A stretch of 64,000 bases of DNA from Chrysomallon squamiferum (taxonomy: Eukaryota > Animalia > Mollusca). Positions 54,922-64,000 of this stretch are shown one piece after another. The position numbers were made by a program, and so were the translations under genes. Numbering within the stretch: position 1 is the first letter of the stretch; each line of letters begins with the position of its first letter. The notes under the pieces are model-generated. The model worked only from the letters and a program-made list of their open reading frames with translations, was not told the DNA's origin and made no database searches. Where the stretch lies: the NCBI GenBank assembly GCA_012295275.1, contig CM022665.1, positions 8,184,001-8,248,000 on the forward strand, given 5' to 3'.

Positions 54922-55216
54922 GAGAACTTTATTTATAGTACAAGACATAATATAATTTAAGAATACACTTTAATGATTGTTTTCATTCAACAACAACAGT
55001 AGTAGTAAATCATGTGATACATTTTTAGAAGCTGAATATCACAGAATAATGATTTTTATATAAATACCATCGGTTAATGATATTTGTTGTCGGGCTATGT
55101 ATATATTATAGCTAAGTAGTTATAAACTTCACTGTGTTTGGAAATGACAGTTATTGTTATTATTATTTTGGAAGGTTCTATCTGTTTTATTAATTAATGT
55201 ATTACTAAATTAATTA

Positions 55217-55268
<52 letters not shown>

Positions 55269-56430
55269 ATTATGTATAAATTAGAAAACTGTATATTTTG
55301 AACTCTAACCTTATAAAGACAGATAAGCTTTTAAAAATTAATTTCTAATAAAATTAATACAAATTAGAAAATATATATGACTAAGGTATAATTATATACA
55401 TGTATATTCCTTTTATAATAATAATAAAGACGAGCTCCATTTTGTAAAGGGAGACAATCAGTTTGCATGATGTTATAAGTTTTTTTGTAATGTTATAGAG
55501 GGCCTTGCCACATCCAAAGAATATAAACTCACGTAGTGTCACTTCTCAAGTATGTATTACGTATAATTATGTAGCATTTTCAGATTTTATTGGTTGAATT
55601 TTCTATATTCAAATTCAGTTTGTGTTTGATATGTATAATAATAATATAAATATAGTATTATGTACACTCTGCACAGACTACTGACTAGTCATCATGGGTG
55701 CTGGAAATTGAAACGAAATTGAACTGTCTTTAAGTTTATGGACGTTGGTAAATGTAATGATAATGAAAACCATTAATGCATTATATATTAATAAATGCAT
55801 ACTTATTTTAACTAATGTGAGACAGTATGCACATATATTTGTAAATTAATGTATAAGAATTAATAACTATAAAAACTAACAAAGGCAATATTGAATATAA
55901 CAAAGCTGCTAAACTTGGTCACTAAATTATTGAGAAATAATTGTCAATTATATAGAAACTACAGAAGTAAAATACAGCTACTGTGGTATACATTTTTCAT
56001 AAAATGATAAATTTAATAAAATTAGCTAGTGGAAGCCAACATTTAAAAATGTATAGTATATCTATTTCCATTTTTATTGTTAATTATAGTTTATATAGAA
56101 TTTTTGAATACAACCAAAGAACACACACAAAACAACAATAAAAACAAACAACAACAACAAGAAAACAACTGATATCTTGCTTACCGATATAACATTTTGA
56201 ATATTGGTGGCACTGTGGAAGCCCTAGCAAACATGACATAAGCCATTTTTAACCACTCATAACAAACATTAACTTTATTATTTAACAATTGACAGTGAGT
56301 GACAATATCTTGAGCTTTGTTTTACTGCTGCCACAAGAAGTATCTCACAAAGGTTCAAGGTTCATTTTGGCCTTTTTCTCAGGTTTAGAGGATAGTATCA
56401 TCAAGCAGAATATAATGATGCTTTAAAAAA

Positions 56431-56707
56431 AAAATTACAGGTACAATCTATGTGGAGTATTTTCAAGCTTTTAAATTCCAAGCAACACTGTTCATTAGAA
56501 ATGAGAAGACATGGTCAAAAATGGTGGGTTTTTTTGCACATTTGTCATGTACATATTTGTTTTTCTGAGTTTTCATGAGATGACATTTTATCTCTAATGA
56601 ACAGTGTTGTTTGGAATTTAAAAGCTTGAAAATACTCCACATAGATTGTACCTGTAATTTTCAAGCTTTTAAATTCGAAACAACACTGTTCATTAGAGAT
56701 AAAATGT
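56431..56707. repeat. Near-perfect inverted triplication (forward/reverse/forward)
   Basis: 56431-56499 is the reverse complement of 56593-56661 (69 bp, 1 mismatch). 56583-56633 is the reverse complement of 56657-56707 (51 bp, 1 mismatch). Confidence 0.93.
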
Positions 56708-56840
56708 TCTCAGTTCAGTGAAATGTATACAGTTCATTGGTTCTGTACAAAATCTTTTGTTTCTTTTTTTAAATTTTTAAATTTTTGCAGCTACATGTGT
56801 GTTTTTTCTTGTTTCTTGCAGCACACTACATACTGACAAC

Positions 56841-60347
<3,507 letters not shown>

Positions 60348-63300
60348 ATAACAAGAACTGATTTAATGTGACTATGCCTGCTTCCGGTCATTTGTAAACT
60401 GCTGTAGCAGTTTTATACAGGACATAAAGCTTGGCTGGTGCTTTTGCTTAATTATAATAAAGCAGAATGGTTTTGTTTTTTTTTTTTTTTGTGTTTTTTT
60501 CTGATAATATATAGACAGCATATAAAAAAATATATCTTCTTAACTTCATTTAAAACTGGAACTTAATCGAATGTTTTTGAATTGTAAATAAGAAGAGTTA
60601 ATTTGGAGATGGAAAGGGGTGGGTTGTTTCTGAATAGTTAAGATCCAGAAGCTACTGTATACAGAAAGATTTAAGTGTGTAAACTTATTAATTGCATATA
60701 TCATAGAAAACCTGTCCTTAAATGCTTTATAACTTGGTAAATGTAATACAGCAATATTTCTAATAAAAATTATTTAGAAATATTCGAATATAATGTTTTT
60801 ATTATTGTTATTTTTATTTTATTTTAATTGTACATTTGTTGCATATCTTGTGCCTAAATCATGTAAATGATATAAATATAGTAGTAAATTGTTTGAATAT
60901 ATACCAGAAGATACAATTCAGCTTAGTACCAACTTTCATGTTCTAGTAATTGTGAATAGTTAAGTGTTTGTTAAATTATTTGACAAACAAAGTATTCTGT
61001 ATCAGTACAAATCTGTTTTCATTCACACTGTAAACATTTGAAAACTGTATAGGAAAAACTGAATTAAAATATTTAAATATAATATTCTTTATTTTGTTTT
61101 GTTTTTTTAATATTATTATTTTTTTTTTATTTATCAAACAAAGTAAACTTATTTTCTTTTTTTTTAAATCAAACAAGCTGAATTTATTTTTAGATCAGAA
61201 TGCAACTATGATCATATTTAATTCTTTGATGTGAAATATAAATTGAATACATGTTTTATGACTGGAGGTAAATGCAAGAAACTGATCTGCATTGTTAATA
61301 GCTGTTAATAAATTGCACCATATTAATATCATTTATTATATATTGTTTTCAAAAACGATTTTGCATTTTATCTGTGTTAAAAATGTATCGAGCTATATTT
61401 TTCACAAATTTTTCTATGTTTCACATTTTTATTTGATAAAAATGCTTCCATTATATAGTTGACTGATATTAGAACAGTTCTTCAGCTTAAATTAATTAGG
61501 TTGTATAGAAAAGGCAGATGCATTTTTTAAAATTGTGTAACATATTTAATGTACTTTAACAACAAATGAAACATTCAGATTGCAGATTTTCACATATCAC
61601 TGACTGAAATTGTTAATGGCTAACTGAATATAAATCATATTGTACATAATCATTTATACTTGCTATATTTACTATAATTTCATTATAATGAATAGTTTGA
61701 TAATGCTGTTTTGAATAGAAATAATTCAAATATATTTTTCATTTTTCCTGTATGAATATCATAAGATTGTTCTTTTTTTTTTTTTTTATTACCTAGGCCT
61801 ATAGAAAAAAATATGAAGGTAATAAACACATTAAGTAGATTTTGAATTTGTAAAATATTTGGTGTAAAACTAATCACATTATCTCTGATGTGCATATTTC
61901 ATTGCCTGACTTCAAAATCCTTTTTTATTTCTTTAGTTGATGTATGTTATTATAATGCTGGTCATCCATATTTATAGCATGTTGTACATTTATTTTTATG
62001 TAAGTAAATTTTGCTGTATCAGCATGTCATTTATTTATTGTTTAAGACATTTTAGATCATTTTCATAAATAAGCTATTATTTATTTAAATCCTTGGCATT
62101 GCAATAGAGATAAAATAACATTTTAACATAAAAATGGCTGAAATCTTTTTTCTTTTTTTTCATACATTGTAAAATAATTTTAAGATTTTTATACTAGTGT
62201 TCAATTTATTTCAGGAGCTGAAAGTTATTTCACTAGATTATGTTAGAGAGAAAAAAAATGTTAGTGGTTTTTATAAGCATGTACGCTTGTTTGAATTAGT
62301 GTAACTGAAGATTGTTAGTATTGCATATTTGAATGGATCAAGGTTCACATATCATGTTTGTTTATAAGTCAGTAACAAACACATTGATATAAATATTGTA
62401 CATTAAAAACTCATCAAAACAATTTATGTGCAAAACATTTTACAAATTTTCTTCAGATAATAAATTCATATTGTGTATGCAAAATATCTAGATGACTTAA
62501 CAAGGTTTTTATCCATTTCATTTTTTTTTAATAGAAATAATGTATCTCACTTTTTGTTTTGTGTTACATATTTATTCAGTTAATACTGATATTAATTTTG
62601 ACTTACTGGCTACCCTAGAAACAAATCATTAATTTAACTCACATCAGACATAATTACCAGATAACAATCTCTTGATTTCAGCTTTTTCCCACAGTAAAAT
62701 GTGTTTTATTGCAACTCTTGGCTTATCAGAATTTAATGTGAAGTGGTAGTGGTCATATTTTCCAGAAGCGAAAAAAAAGAAGAAAAAAAAAAAAAGATAA
62801 TAAATAAATATAAAAAATTATTTATAAATATGAATATTGTGAAATACATTTGTACATATTGCATTATAAAGTGATTGCTGTAAAATTAAATTGTTTATTT
62901 GTTCTTATGGTAAATGATTTTCATTTCACAATAACATTTTGGGTTGTTTACATTATTTTATGTTTTTTGTTTTTATTAATAGTTAAACAGATTTTTTTGA
63001 TCTGTTGGTTATATATATTAGATATTACTCCATCACTGTCACTTAAATGTCAAGTAAAAAATTAATGGTTTGGTTGTTATATTTATTACTGTAATATTTT
63101 AGTAAATATTGTCATTAACTTCTGGCTTAATGTGAAAAAATTGAAATATTGTGAACCAAAATCAAAATGAAGACAGTTTATTAGAGTATTGTTTGTCAGC
63201 AGTGCTGTAGCAAAGGTGTGGTAAGTGCCCTGGGCACCATTGATCTCTTTTTATTAAACTTGACTGGTATTTTGTAGCCGATTTTATGGTGAAATTATCT

Positions 63301-64000
63301 GGAAGATGGGTGATGTTTGGACAGGGGCACAAGTTTCCCCTCTGTGTATATACGTGCACACACCTGTTTACCATTTTCATTCATCTTGAAGGCATGCAGT
63401 TTTTTAATGCTTTATTTAATTTATTTTTGAAATTCTGTTATGTAGGATATTCAGGATTTCATTTATTTGTTATAGAATGGAAGAAGGAGAGAAGATAATT
63501 ATAATAAACAAACAATCAAATATATACTTTATCAGTATTTTATTTGCAGGAAACTATTAAATGAAAATGTGAGAGTTTTCTCACTGATTTTAGTTTTATT
63601 ATATCATTTATTGATTATTAAAACAGAAATAAAACAAATAGTTATGATATTAAAACGATTTTCTTGAATTAACAAATTCCTTTTATTTTTGATTTAGTAA
63701 CTAAGCCAGAGTGCCAAATTTTTTCAGTTTAGTACAAATGTATTTGCAAAAACCAATAAATGTACAACTATGCCTTGTGCTTTTTTCTGTCTTTTACTTT
63801 CAGCTTTTTTTCATTTTTTATACATTTCATTGGTTGTGGTAATTGATATTCAATTATAATCAAACAACCCCACCAACATTTAAAAACCGTAAGTTTGATA
63901 ACCTGTACAGACATTTCAAATGTTTTACAAATTTATTGTCTAGTGTAGCTAATATTCTGTAATCTTTGTTGTAATTATTATTTTATCAAAAGTTTATTCT

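Larger units (their letters stand above)
54592..56840. promoter_or_regulatory. Divergent (head-to-head) MCT/TFG promoter and 5'UTR region
   Basis: Start codons at 54591(-) and 56841(+) face away from each other 2.25 kb apart. There is a YY1-like CCATTTTG at ~55437, ATTGG at ~55588, and a possible TFG 5'UTR donor TTG|GTAAAT at 55747. TSS positions cannot be determined. Confidence 0.5.

Noticed and set aside
63162-63498. Short ORFs and a GC-richer patch (CAGTGCTGTAGC...GTGCCCTGGGCA)
   Set aside because: No protein motif or exon chain. It looks like a decayed repeat end but cannot be classified.

Overview
AT-rich, intron-dense animal genomic DNA. It is probably an invertebrate, plausibly a mollusc or other lophotrochozoan, which I infer from composition and gene structure only. 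There are three protein-coding genes. (1) The 3' ~65 exons of an RNF213/mysterin-like giant AAA+ ATPase/E3 ligase lie on + (914..42100); the 5' part is upstream of the window. (2) A 6-exon SLC16/MCT (MCT8/MCT10-like) transporter lies on - (54591..47576) and has an unusually long disordered C-terminal tail. (3) TFG lies on + (56841..60347), head-to-head with the MCT gene. An RNF213 intron holds an antisense decayed DIRS/Ngaro-type tyrosine-recombinase retrotransposon (RNase H, YR, SGNH hydrolase). The most notable observations are these. The RNF213 RING has lost its His zinc ligand and sits alone on an in-frame skippable exon behind a ~119-nt (TC)n tract, while the catalytic RZ finger is intact. 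The MCT tail carries a DSGYET degron-like motif and a terminal TSV PDZ-type motif. The MCT gene has a tandemly duplicated splice donor. A near-perfect inverted triplication lies just upstream of the first TFG coding exon. All exon boundaries were read by hand from GT/GC-AG sites and frame continuity and may be off by a few bases. No database searches were run.
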